A DNA stretch of 62,160 nt. Origin: a bacterium. GTDB lineage: Bacteria > Bacillota_I > Bacilli_A > RF39 > UBA660. The notes under the pieces were generated by a model. It searched no databases. It was not told where the DNA came from and saw only the letters and a program-made list of their open reading frames with translations. Each line of letters begins with the position of its first letter. Position 1 is the first letter of the stretch. The position numbers were made by a program, and so were the translations under genes. The stretch lies in contig JAQXHG010000048.1 of NCBI GenBank assembly GCA_029007115.1, forward strand, positions 1 through 62,160, given 5' to 3'. Of the stretch, positions 45,387 through 56,971 are shown in pieces.

Positions 45387-45966
45387 AGTAATAGATAAAA
45401 CTTGGCCAACTATTATTATTGTATCTAGTGTATTAATAATAATGAGAATAACTGTTTTAATTAAAGGTGATAAAAAAAGCTTTGTTTTACATGAAGAATT
45501 ACTTAATTTGATGTTTATAATATATTTAATAGTTCTTTTTCAATTAGTTACAAGTCAAGATATCGCAGGTGGAGGATCAAATTTTACTCCATTTAAAGAA
45601 ATACTAAGGTATGATTATGGTACTGGTTCTTTTTATAAACAAGTAGTTGGAAATATATTATTATTTATACCATTTGGGTATTTTATATCTAGATATTGTA
45701 AAATAAAGGGAATGTTTTCCATATTTATTATATCTATGATAACAAGTGGTGTTATAGAATGTACACAACATTTTATTGGCAGAAGTTTTGATGTTGATGA
45801 TATAATATTAAATACTTTAGGTGGTGTATTAGGGTTCTTATTGTATATTGGATTAAATGCAATAAAGAATCGATTACCAAAAGTATTTAGAAGTAGATGG
45901 TTTTATAATCTTTTAAGTATTATATTTGTAGCATTAATGATACTTTATATACTTAAGATTATATAA
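45367..45966 (+). CDS. VanZ-family membrane protein
   Basis: FTPFKEI...NILLFIPFGYF...E..QHFIGRSFDVDDIILNTLGGVLGF is the VanZ signature. Confidence 0.75.
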   Translation: MRNTVIEVIDKTWPTIIIVSSVLIIMRITVLIKGDKKSFVLHEELLNLMFIIYLIVLFQLVTSQDIAGGGSNFTPFKEILRYDYGTGSFYKQVVGNILLFIPFGYFISRYCKIKGMFSIFIISMITSGVIECTQHFIGRSFDVDDIILNTLGGVLGFLLYIGLNAIKNRLPKVFRSRWFYNLLSIIFVALMILYILKII

Positions 45967-45978
45967 TAAGGGGGAGTT

Positions 45979-46419
45979 ATGAAAGATTATATATTTAATA
46001 CAACAAATGAAAATGTTGATGTAGAAGAATTAGATAAAGTAATTAAATTTGCTTGTAATCATTTAAAAATAGAAAATCCACTATTAAATATAGTAATTGT
46101 GGATAATGAAAAAATTCAAGAAATAAATAGAGAATATCGAAATAAAGATGCTGTTACAGATGTAATATCATTTGCTTTTGAAGAAGTGGACGATGTTAGT
46201 TATGAGGATTTTAGATTTTTAGGTGAAATATATATTTCTTATGAAAGATGTGTAAGTCAAGCAAGTGATTATGGACATAGTGTAAAAAGAGAATTTTGTT
46301 ATTTAGCTGTTCATGGATTATTGCATTTACTTGGATATGATCATATGGTAGATGAGGATAAAAAAATAATGAGAGCTCTTGAGGAGGAAATATTAAATGA
46401 ATATGATATCAAGAGATGA
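45979..46419 (+). CDS. ybeY: rRNA maturation endoribonuclease YbeY
   Basis: HGLLHLLGYDH zinc-binding motif; TDVISF. Confidence 0.9.
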   Translation: MKDYIFNTTNENVDVEELDKVIKFACNHLKIENPLLNIVIVDNEKIQEINREYRNKDAVTDVISFAFEEVDDVSYEDFRFLGEIYISYERCVSQASDYGHSVKREFCYLAVHGLLHLLGYDHMVDEDKKIMRALEEEILNEYDIKR

Positions 46420-46795
46420 GAGAAAAAAACAAAAAGGAATAAAAAAATTTTTAATTAGTTTTACATATCCGATAAAAGGTCTTAGATATGCATATAATAA
46501 TGAGCAAAATTTGGCATTTGATGTTGGGATGGCTCTAGTTGTATGTATACTTGGATTTTTATTCCATATAAATAAGTATGAATGGTCAATACTTGTTTTA
46601 ACAATAGGACTAGTAATATCTTGTGAACTTATAAATACTGCAATTGAGGCAGTCGTAGATTTAATAACAGAAGAGTATCATCCTCTTGCTAAGGTTGCAA
46701 AAGACACATCAGCAGCAGCGGTATTTATTTTTGCAATAGTAGCAGTAATAGTTGGGTTAATAATATTTTTACCAAAATTAATCAGTTTAATATAA
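46397..46795 (+). CDS. dgkA: Diacylglycerol/undecaprenol kinase (DgkA family)
   Basis: Three TM helices and the motifs NEQN and ELINTAIEAVVD. Confidence 0.8.
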   Translation: MNMISRDERKKQKGIKKFLISFTYPIKGLRYAYNNEQNLAFDVGMALVVCILGFLFHINKYEWSILVLTIGLVISCELINTAIEAVVDLITEEYHPLAKVAKDTSAAAVFIFAIVAVIVGLIIFLPKLISLI

Positions 46796-46803
46796 GGAGT
46801 AAT

Positions 46804-47184
46804 ATGAAAGAAAGATTAGAAAAATTATTAGAAAATAGTTATGCACCATATTCCAATATGCATTTTGCTTGCATAGTTGAAACAAAAAATGGTAATTTTT
46901 ATGAAGGAGTAAATATAGAAAATGCATCTTTTGGTGGAACTATATGTGCTGAGAGAAATGCAATAAATAATGCTATTAGTCATGGAGAAAGAGAATTTAA
47001 AACATTATACTTAATGACAAGTAGTGATGAAATATGTTATCCATGTAACATTTGTAAACAAACATTTTTAGAATTTTTTGATAGTGATGTTATATTTAAT
47101 ATAATGACTAAAAGTGGAAAAATGGAAGTTATGAGTTTTGAAAAACTAATGTCTACTACATTTACTAAGGAGGATTTAGTATGA
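46804..47184 (+). CDS. cdd: Cytidine deaminase
   Basis: CAERNAI and PCNICKQ zinc-ligand motifs in 126 aa. Confidence 0.9.
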   Translation: MKERLEKLLENSYAPYSNMHFACIVETKNGNFYEGVNIENASFGGTICAERNAINNAISHGEREFKTLYLMTSSDEICYPCNICKQTFLEFFDSDVIFNIMTKSGKMEVMSFEKLMSTTFTKEDLV

Positions 47185-48071
47185 AAAGTGGCTTTGTTAG
47201 TATAATTGGTAGACCTAATACTGGAAAAAGTACACTTTTAAATTCAATTATAAAAGAGAAAGTTGCGATTATTTCATCTAAACCACAAACTACTAGAAAT
47301 TTAATTCAAGGAATATATAATGAAGAGGATACACAAATTGTATTTGTAGATACTCCAGGTATACATAAACCAATTGATAAACTAGGCGTAGCTCTAAATG
47401 ATCAAGCATATTATTCTATAAATGATGTAGATATAGTACTTTTAGTAGTAGATGCGAGTGTTCCTTATGGAAAAGGAGATCAATTTATTATTGATAAACT
47501 TCAGGATGTAGATAAACCTGTATTTTTGATACTTAATAAGATTGATAAGATGACTGATAATGAAATATTACTTAAGATAAACGAGTATAAGGATTTATAT
47601 GAATTTGCTGAAATTATACCAGTATCAGCTTTAAAAAGTGATAATACAGATAGATTAATAAGCGTACTTAAGAATTATTTACCTGATAGTGTTAAATATT
47701 TTATGGATGGTGAGACTACAACAAGTGAACTTGATTTTAGATTGTCTGAACTAGTTAGAGAAAAAATATTTATTCATACTAATGAAGAAGTTCCACATTC
47801 AATTTCATGTAAGTTAATTGGATATGAAGAATATGATGATATTGTTAAAATATATATTGATATAATAGTAGATAGAGATTCACTAAAGAAGATAATAGTT
47901 GGATCAAACGGTCAGATGATTAAAACAATTGGGTACGAAGCAAGACTTGATATGGAAGAGTTATTGAAAAAGAAAGTTTATCTTGAACTTTATTGTAAAA
48001 CTATTAAAAAATGGAGAGAAAAAGATAAATATATTAAAGATTTAGGTTATTTAATTAATACGGATGAATAA
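47181..48071 (+). CDS. era: GTPase Era
   Basis: G1 GRPNTGKST, G3 DTPG, G4 NKID, and a C-terminal KH domain. Confidence 0.9.
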   Translation: MKSGFVSIIGRPNTGKSTLLNSIIKEKVAIISSKPQTTRNLIQGIYNEEDTQIVFVDTPGIHKPIDKLGVALNDQAYYSINDVDIVLLVVDASVPYGKGDQFIIDKLQDVDKPVFLILNKIDKMTDNEILLKINEYKDLYEFAEIIPVSALKSDNTDRLISVLKNYLPDSVKYFMDGETTTSELDFRLSELVREKIFIHTNEEVPHSISCKLIGYEEYDDIVKIYIDIIVDRDSLKKIIVGSNGQMIKTIGYEARLDMEELLKKKVYLELYCKTIKKWREKDKYIKDLGYLINTDE

Positions 48072-48115
48072 TATTTTTTAAAATCCTACAATATAATATT
48101 GTAAGGAGAGAAAAA

Positions 48116-48196
48116 ATGACAAAAGAAGAAGCTTGGAAAAAATTTAAAGAAACTGGTAAAATAGAATATTATTTGGAATATAAGAAAGGAAAGTAG
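48116..48196 (+). CDS. yqzL: YqzL-family small protein (26 aa), absent from the ORF track
   Basis: GTAAGGAGAG RBS 6 nt upstream of the ATG; encodes MTKEEAWKKFKETGKIEYYLEYKKGK. The W..F..TG.IE.YL pattern and the era-recO intergenic position match B. subtilis yqzL. Confidence 0.65.
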   Translation: MTKEEAWKKFKETGKIEYYLEYKKGK

Positions 48197-48230
48197 CATA
48201 AAGAAATAATCTTTATGCTTTAGTTTAGAC

Positions 48231-48956
48231 ATGAAGGTTATTAGTGTAGAGGGAATAGTAGTTGGAGTGACTCCATATAAAGAAAGTAGTAAAATACTTA
48301 ATATATTTACTCGTGAGTATGGAATTATTGGTTGCTATTCTAAAGGATGTAAAAGTATTAAAAGCAAACTTAGATTAATAAGTGAGAGATTTGCTTATGG
48401 TAAATTTCAGCTATCATATAAAGAAAATGGTTTATCTACTTTAATTGATGGAGATGTAATAGATTTTTTTACTAATATTAAAAGTGATATCGTAAAAATA
48501 AGTTATCTTACATATATATGTGACTTATCAACTAGAGTATACAAGGAATGCGAAAGTGAAGATATATATGACTTGATGATGTCTTCAATAAATAAAATAG
48601 AAGATAATTTTAATTCTAAGATTATTACGAATATTTTAGAACTTCAATATTTGAATTATATAGGAATTAATTTAAACTTAGATGAATGTGTTTCATGTGG
48701 GAGTAGTAAAGTAGTTACATTATCACTTGAAAAAGGTGGATATGTATGCTCAAAATGTAGGACTAATGAACCATTACTTGATGAAAAAGTTATGAAATTA
48801 TTAAGATTATATTATTATGTAGATATATCAAAAATAAGTAATTTAGATATAGAAGATAATGTATCAAATAAGATTAATATGATTATTGATGAGTATTATG
48901 ATAGATATTCTGGAATTAGTACTAAGAGTAAGAGTTTTTTAAAAGAATTAGAATAG
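48231..48956 (+). CDS. recO: DNA repair protein RecO
   Basis: N-terminal OB fold (EGIVVGVTPYKESSKILNIFTREYG) and a CxxC...CxxC zinc finger (CVSCGS...CSKCR). Confidence 0.85.
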   Translation: MKVISVEGIVVGVTPYKESSKILNIFTREYGIIGCYSKGCKSIKSKLRLISERFAYGKFQLSYKENGLSTLIDGDVIDFFTNIKSDIVKISYLTYICDLSTRVYKECESEDIYDLMMSSINKIEDNFNSKIITNILELQYLNYIGINLNLDECVSCGSSKVVTLSLEKGGYVCSKCRTNEPLLDEKVMKLLRLYYYVDISKISNLDIEDNVSNKINMIIDEYYDRYSGISTKSKSFLKELE

Positions 48957-49012
48957 TTATTCAATTCTTTTTTATTTACAAAAATAAGCTAATAATATAT
49001 AATACATATAGA

Positions 49013-49630
49013 ATGATAGAGGCAAATATGATTGAAGAAGTAAAAATAAATAATGAAGATAAAATTAATGGATTTGATTCCAAAGTGGATTATATAAAAA
49101 AATTGTATGAAAAAATTCCTTATGAAACAATAAATGAACTTAATAATTTAATAGTAGAGTTAACATGCAGAAAAAATAAAGTTATAACTCCTAAAGTAGC
49201 ATTTATATTATTTTCACTTGCTATAATATTTCTAGATATGTTAAATTATCATTTTGGTTTTTCTATTACGGCTAGTTATTTTTGTGGATCTTTATTTTTT
49301 TTAGAAGGATTATACTTTTGCTTATATTATTATCGTTTAGGTATTTTTGCTTTTATTTTTCATGGCTTATGTGGTATTTCTATTATGTGTTTACCTATAG
49401 TGATTACAATATTAAAAAGTTTAAATACTTTAAATAATTCTTTGTATATAAAAGAATTATTAATTTTGTCTTTGTCATTTATTATACTAGGAACAATAGG
49501 AATAATTATTTATAATGTAAGTATGGATTTTAGAAAAAGTAAATATAGTTTAATTAGTGTATTATCATTATTTTTTATAGGTATTTTAATTATTTTGATA
49601 GTACCGTTAATATTCAATATAACAATTTAA
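49013..49630 (+). CDS. Membrane protein, paralog A (soluble N-terminus + about 4 TM), function unknown
   Basis: Shares architecture and a C-terminal block (IILGTIGIIIYNVSMDFRKSKYSL...FFIGILIILIVPLIFN) with the next gene. Confidence 0.5.
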   Translation: MIEANMIEEVKINNEDKINGFDSKVDYIKKLYEKIPYETINELNNLIVELTCRKNKVITPKVAFILFSLAIIFLDMLNYHFGFSITASYFCGSLFFLEGLYFCLYYYRLGIFAFIFHGLCGISIMCLPIVITILKSLNTLNNSLYIKELLILSLSFIILGTIGIIIYNVSMDFRKSKYSLISVLSLFFIGILIILIVPLIFNITI

Positions 49631-49653
49631 GTAAAATTATAATAGAGGGAAAT

Positions 49654-50253
49654 ATGAATGAGTTAGATAAAACGATAAATGATTTAAAAGAATTATATAA
49701 TGATAATCCAAAAGAAACACTAAATAGATCACAAAAAGTATTAAATGAATTATACCGAAATAGAAATGAAGGAAATATAATGTTACCATGTATTTTATTT
49801 TCAATTTCAATAGAATTGCTAGGTTTTTTAAATAATAATTCTGTACCAATATTTTTATATGTGACTTGTTCTATGTTTTTTTTGGCAGGAATATTTGTTG
49901 GTTTATTTAAAAAATATACTGGAATATTGTTTCTTTTCCTATTTGGTATGATAATGGGTTTTGGTGAAATGTATTTTCCAATAATAAATGATGCATTAAA
50001 TAGTCCAATTATGACAGATAACCCAATATTAATGAAATTATTAATAATTATTTCATTAGTATTTATTATATTAGGAATAATAGGGACAATTTTTTATAAT
50101 GTTAGTGAAGAAATTAAAGAGAAAAAATATAGTTTAGAAATTATCTTATTATTATATTTTATAGGTCTTGTATTAATAGAATTATTACCAATAATATTTA
50201 ATAGAGATTTTTATGAACCAATTTTTCCAATAATAGCTAATATATTATTTTAA
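49654..50253 (+). CDS. Membrane protein, paralog B, function unknown
   Basis: GAGGGA upstream. IILGIIGTIFYNVSEEIKEKKYSL...YFIGLVLIELLPIIFN aligns by eye with paralog A. Confidence 0.5.
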   Translation: MNELDKTINDLKELYNDNPKETLNRSQKVLNELYRNRNEGNIMLPCILFSISIELLGFLNNNSVPIFLYVTCSMFFLAGIFVGLFKKYTGILFLFLFGMIMGFGEMYFPIINDALNSPIMTDNPILMKLLIIISLVFIILGIIGTIFYNVSEEIKEKKYSLEIILLLYFIGLVLIELLPIIFNRDFYEPIFPIIANILF

Positions 50254-50300
50254 AGAGTTAAACTCTTTTTTTTTATTTATAGAAAATATTTTAAAAAAAA

Positions 50301-50327
50301 TTAGCACTTTGGTATTGACTTTGCTAA
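50301..50327 (+). promoter_or_regulatory. CIRCE-like operator 1 (overlaps the -35 of the hrcA promoter)
   Basis: TTAGCACTT-N9-CTTTGCTAA versus the consensus TTAGCACTC-N9-GAGTGCTAA. Left arm 8/9, right arm 6/9. Confidence 0.55.
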
Positions 50328-50343
50328 TTTATCATAATATAAT
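50315..50343 (+). promoter_or_regulatory. Sigma-A promoter of the hrcA-grpE-dnaK operon
   Basis: TTGACT (50315-50320), 17-bp spacer, TATAAT (50338-50343). Confidence 0.75.
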
Positions 50344-50347
50344 ATAT

Positions 50348-50374
50348 CTGGCACTAAAGGAAATAGAGTGCTAA
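50348..50374 (+). promoter_or_regulatory. CIRCE-like operator 2 (in the 5' UTR, abutting the RBS)
   Basis: CTGGCACTA-N9-GAGTGCTAA. Right arm 9/9, left arm 6/9. Confidence 0.65.
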
Positions 50375-50384
50375 AAGGAGGTAT

Positions 50385-51393
50385 ATGATGATAGGTACAA
50401 GACAAAAAGAATTACTTAAAACAATTATTGAAGAGTATGTAAAATCCGCAAGACCTGTTGGAAGTAAGGCTTTATGTAAGAAATTTAAATGTTCAAGTGC
50501 TACTATTAGAAATGATATGGCTATGCTTGAAGATTTAGGTTATTTAGAAAAAACACATATATCTTCAGGAAGGATTCCATCTGATGAGGGCTATAGGTAT
50601 TATGTTGATAATTTAATGGAGCCTAAGAAGATTAGTGGGGAGGATATGCTTAAACTTCAAACTATATTTAATAACAAAGAGTTAGAATTAAATGATGCGA
50701 TTACTAAAAGTTTAGAAATTATAAGTGATATTACAAACTATACATCTGTTGTTTTAGGTAAAGAATCAAGTGATAATTTACTTAAAAAGGTTGAAGTTGT
50801 TCCAATAACTAGTAAGCAATTGATTGCAATATTAATTACAAATACTGGTCATATTGAGAATAAAAATATTATTTTAGATGATAATATACCATCAGAAGAA
50901 ATAGCAAAAACTACTGAGTTATTGAATAAAATGCTCATAGGGACGCCAATAGATGAAGTTCCAAGTAAACTAGAGTTTGAAGTAAAACCAATTATAAGGA
51001 ATTACATTCAAAATTATGAAGTAGTATATAATGCATTTTATAATGCATTATCTAATTTTACTAGCGAAAGGGATGTTAAGTTTACTGGTAAAGCTAATAT
51101 ATTAAAACAACCAGAATTCAGTACAGTCGATGATGTTAAGAATATCATAAGTAAATTTGAAAGCAAAGATATGGTAAGTAAAATTGAAGAGGCTAATGAT
51201 GAGGTTAAGATATATATTGGTAGCAAGAGTGATATAGATGATAATGTTACAGTAGTTAAGACTAAATATAAAGCAGGTGGTAGAGAAGGAACAATTGCAA
51301 TAATTGGGCCTAAAAGAATGGAATATGAGCGTGTTGTAAATATGCTTGAATATTTAAAAGAAAATATTGAAGCTAAAGGAAAGGAAAATATAA

Positions 51394-51413
<20 letters not shown>
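50385..51413 (+). CDS. hrcA: Heat-inducible transcription repressor HrcA
   Basis: RQKELLKTIIEEYVKSARPVGSKAL wHTH N-terminus. CIRCE elements lie upstream and grpE-dnaK downstream. Confidence 0.9.
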
Positions 51414-53890
<2,477 letters not shown>

Positions 53891-53904
53891 TTTGTGAAAT
53901 ATTG

Positions 53905-53927
53905 GGGCTCTAATATGAGCCCTTAAT
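53905..53927 (+). terminator. Possible weak terminator/attenuator after dnaK
   Basis: GGGCTC-TAATAT-GAGCCC stem, but only a poor T tract (TTAATT). Confidence 0.4.
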
Positions 53928-53963
53928 TAATATAAAGAATTTAATAAAATATAAGGAGATATT

Positions 53964-55727
53964 ATGAATTATAAGTGGGATTTAACTAGGATGTTTAAAG
54001 ATGAAAAAGAATATAAAGATACAATAGATAAGGTAAATAAAAAACTAGATGAAATTATAAAATATAAGGGTAGAATACTTGAAGATGAGAATACTTTGTA
54101 TGAATTATTAGAATTAGATAATGATATAGATTTTTTAGTTTCTAGACTTTATGTATATGCTTATTTATCTTTTTATGATAATATGGCTGATGTTAAATTT
54201 CAACAATATAAAGAAGAATGTAATTCATTATATATTAAATCTGCTAGTGTAAGAAGTTTTATTACACCAGAATTATTAGAGTGTGATTTTTCTTTGATTG
54301 AGGATTATATTTCTAAAAATAAAAAATTAGAAAAATATAAAGTAGCTTTAGAAAGAATGTTTAGAAATAAACCACACATATTAAGTGAAAAAGAAGAAAA
54401 AATATTAAGTGATGTATCTGAAATAATGAGTACACCAGATGATGCTTTTTCTGCTCTTAATAATGTTGATGTTAAATTTGGTAAGATTAAAGATGAAAAT
54501 GGAGAAAAAGTAGAATTAACATCATCTAACTATACAAAGTTTTTATCATCTAAATGTGAAAGAGTAAGAAAAGAAGCATTTAAAAAGAAACATGCGTTTT
54601 ATAAGAATCATATAAATACACTTAGTTCACTATATATTGGTCAAATTAAGAATGATGTATTTTATTCAAGAACTAGAAAGTATAATAGTGTACTTGAGGC
54701 TAATTTATTTTCAGATAACATTGATCCTAAATTATATAAGACATTAATTAAAATAACTAATAAAAATACTAAGTATTTAAAAGAATATTATAAAATTAAA
54801 TCTTCTTCAATTGGAAAGAAGATGCATATGTATGATACTTATTTAAATACAAGTAAAGTAGTAGAAAAAAATATTAAGTATGAAGATGCAATAAATCTAG
54901 TTAATGAAGCTTTAAAACCATTAGGAGAAGATTATTTAAATAAATTTAATTATTTAGTTAATAATAGATGTGTTGATGTATTTCCAAAAGATAAAAAAAG
55001 GAGTGGAGCATATCAATGGGGAAGTTATAAAGTACTTCCATATGTATCTTTAAATTATGAGAATAATATGGATAGCGTAAGTACATTTGCTCATGAAATG
55101 GGGCATGCTATGCATACATATTATAGTGATGAAAATCAAGATTTCTTATATGCATCATATCCAATCTTTTTAGCAGAAATTGCATCAACAGTTAATGAGG
55201 TTTTGTTGTCTGAATATTTATTAAAAAATGCAACTGATAAGGATGAGAAAATATACTATATTATTGAGTTTTTAGATAAATTTAAAGCAACTGTTTATAG
55301 ACAAGTGATGTTTGCAGAATTTGAAGATATTGTTCATACACATTATGAAAATGGAAACTCTTTAACTAAAGAATATTTATGTGATACTTATTTAAAATTA
55401 GTTAAACATCATTTTAGTCCATCTGTTATTATAGATAAAGATATTCAATATGAATGGTCTAGAATACCTCATTTTTATAGTTCATATTATGTATATAAAT
55501 ATGCTACTGGTTTTATAAGTGCTTTAATTATTGCTGATAGATTATTAAATGATAGTACATTTAAAGAAAAATACATTAAATTTCTAAGTAGTGGTGGTAG
55601 TAAATATCCACTTGAATTATTAAAAGATATAGATATAGATTTAACAGATGAGAAAGTTATAAATAAAGCATTTGAATTATTTAATGATAAAGTTTCAATG
55701 TTAAAAGATTTAGAAAGCGGTGAATAA
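53964..55727 (+). CDS. pepF: Oligoendopeptidase F (M3B)
   Basis: HEMGHAMH zinc motif in a 587-aa protein with the typical M3B layout. Confidence 0.8.
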   Translation: MNYKWDLTRMFKDEKEYKDTIDKVNKKLDEIIKYKGRILEDENTLYELLELDNDIDFLVSRLYVYAYLSFYDNMADVKFQQYKEECNSLYIKSASVRSFITPELLECDFSLIEDYISKNKKLEKYKVALERMFRNKPHILSEKEEKILSDVSEIMSTPDDAFSALNNVDVKFGKIKDENGEKVELTSSNYTKFLSSKCERVRKEAFKKKHAFYKNHINTLSSLYIGQIKNDVFYSRTRKYNSVLEANLFSDNIDPKLYKTLIKITNKNTKYLKEYYKIKSSSIGKKMHMYDTYLNTSKVVEKNIKYEDAINLVNEALKPLGEDYLNKFNYLVNNRCVDVFPKDKKRSGAYQWGSYKVLPYVSLNYENNMDSVSTFAHEMGHAMHTYYSDENQDFLYASYPIFLAEIASTVNEVLLSEYLLKNATDKDEKIYYIIEFLDKFKATVYRQVMFAEFEDIVHTHYENGNSLTKEYLCDTYLKLVKHHFSPSVIIDKDIQYEWSRIPHFYSSYYVYKYATGFISALIIADRLLNDSTFKEKYIKFLSSGGSKYPLELLKDIDIDLTDEKVINKAFELFNDKVSMLKDLESGE

Positions 55728-55729
55728 AA

Positions 55730-56857
55730 ATGGCTAAAAGAGATTATTATGAAGTTTTAGGAGTGTCAAAAGATGCTACTGAGCAAGAGATAAAAAGTGC
55801 ATTTAGAAAGAAAGCAAAAGAATTTCATCCAGATGTAAATAAGAGTCCGGATGCTGCTGACAAATTTAAAGAAGCTCAAGAAGCATATGCATGTTTGTCA
55901 GATAAAGATAATCGTGCTAAATATGATAAATATGGTCATGCTGCATTTGAAAATCCAACTGGAGGTGCAGGAGGAGCATACCAAGGAAATCCTTTTGGTA
56001 ACTTCGATTTTGGAGATATATTTGATGACTTATTCGGTGGAGGTTTTGGATCTTTTTCATCTTTTAATACAGGAAGAGGAAGTCAAAACCGTGCTAGAAA
56101 AGGGGCAGATACTTTATATGGAATTAAAATAGATTTCATGGAAGCTGTATATGGGTGTAAAAAAGATATTGAAATAGAATATTATGAAAAATGTGATGAT
56201 TGTGATGGACTTGGAGGACATAAAGAAGTAACTTGTGATGAATGTGATGGTCGAGGTTATATAATTAGACAAACAAACACAATACTTGGTGCAATTCAAA
56301 CAAAATCATCTTGTAGTGCATGTAATGGAAAAGGAAAAGTATTTAAAACAAAATGTAATACATGTCGTGGAACTGGAAAGATTAAGGTTAATAAGACACT
56401 AACAATTGATATTCCAGCTGGTATTGATAATGGAGAACAATTAAGAATTAGTGGTAAGGGTGAAGTTGGAGTAAATGGAGGACCAAACGGGGACTTATAT
56501 CTTCAATTTAGAGTTACCCCTCATGAATTATATAAAAGAGATGGTGATGATATTTATATAGATTTACCTGTTACTATAACTGATTTATGTCTTGGATGTA
56601 AAAAGTCAATCATGACAATGGATGGTGAAGTAGAATTAAAGATAAAAGAAGGTACTCAACCAGGAGAAACTCTTAGAATTAAAGGAAAAGGTATTAATAA
56701 TCCAGATTCATGGAAAAAAGGTGATTTTTATTGTGTAATTAAGTTAATAATACCTACTGATTTATCAAGAAAACAAAAGAATTTATTAGAAGAATTAGAT
56801 GAAACAGATCTTGAAGATGATATAGTATTTAAAAGATTTAGAAAATTAAACAAATAA
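55730..56857 (+). CDS. dnaJ: Co-chaperone DnaJ
   Basis: J domain (DYYEVLGV...HPD), G/F region, and four CxxCxGxG zinc-finger repeats. Confidence 0.95.
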   Translation: MAKRDYYEVLGVSKDATEQEIKSAFRKKAKEFHPDVNKSPDAADKFKEAQEAYACLSDKDNRAKYDKYGHAAFENPTGGAGGAYQGNPFGNFDFGDIFDDLFGGGFGSFSSFNTGRGSQNRARKGADTLYGIKIDFMEAVYGCKKDIEIEYYEKCDDCDGLGGHKEVTCDECDGRGYIIRQTNTILGAIQTKSSCSACNGKGKVFKTKCNTCRGTGKIKVNKTLTIDIPAGIDNGEQLRISGKGEVGVNGGPNGDLYLQFRVTPHELYKRDGDDIYIDLPVTITDLCLGCKKSIMTMDGEVELKIKEGTQPGETLRIKGKGINNPDSWKKGDFYCVIKLIIPTDLSRKQKNLLEELDETDLEDDIVFKRFRKLNK

Positions 56858-56861
56858 AATT

Positions 56862-56885
56862 AAGTCCAAGCATGGACTTTTTTTA
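56862..56885 (+). terminator. Rho-independent terminator after dnaJ
   Basis: AAGTCCA-AGCA-TGGACTT followed by T run. Confidence 0.8.
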
Positions 56886-56971
56886 ATTCTAATAAATAAG
56901 TTAAAATAAAAAAATTGTATATATTGATAAAATAGATTATAATGTAATTATTAAAGATAGGTGACTAAAAT

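Noticed and set aside
55851-56132. 93-aa plus-strand ORF in an alternative frame inside dnaJ.
   Set aside because: It lies wholly within the J-domain and G/F region of dnaJ, and has no RBS and no motif.
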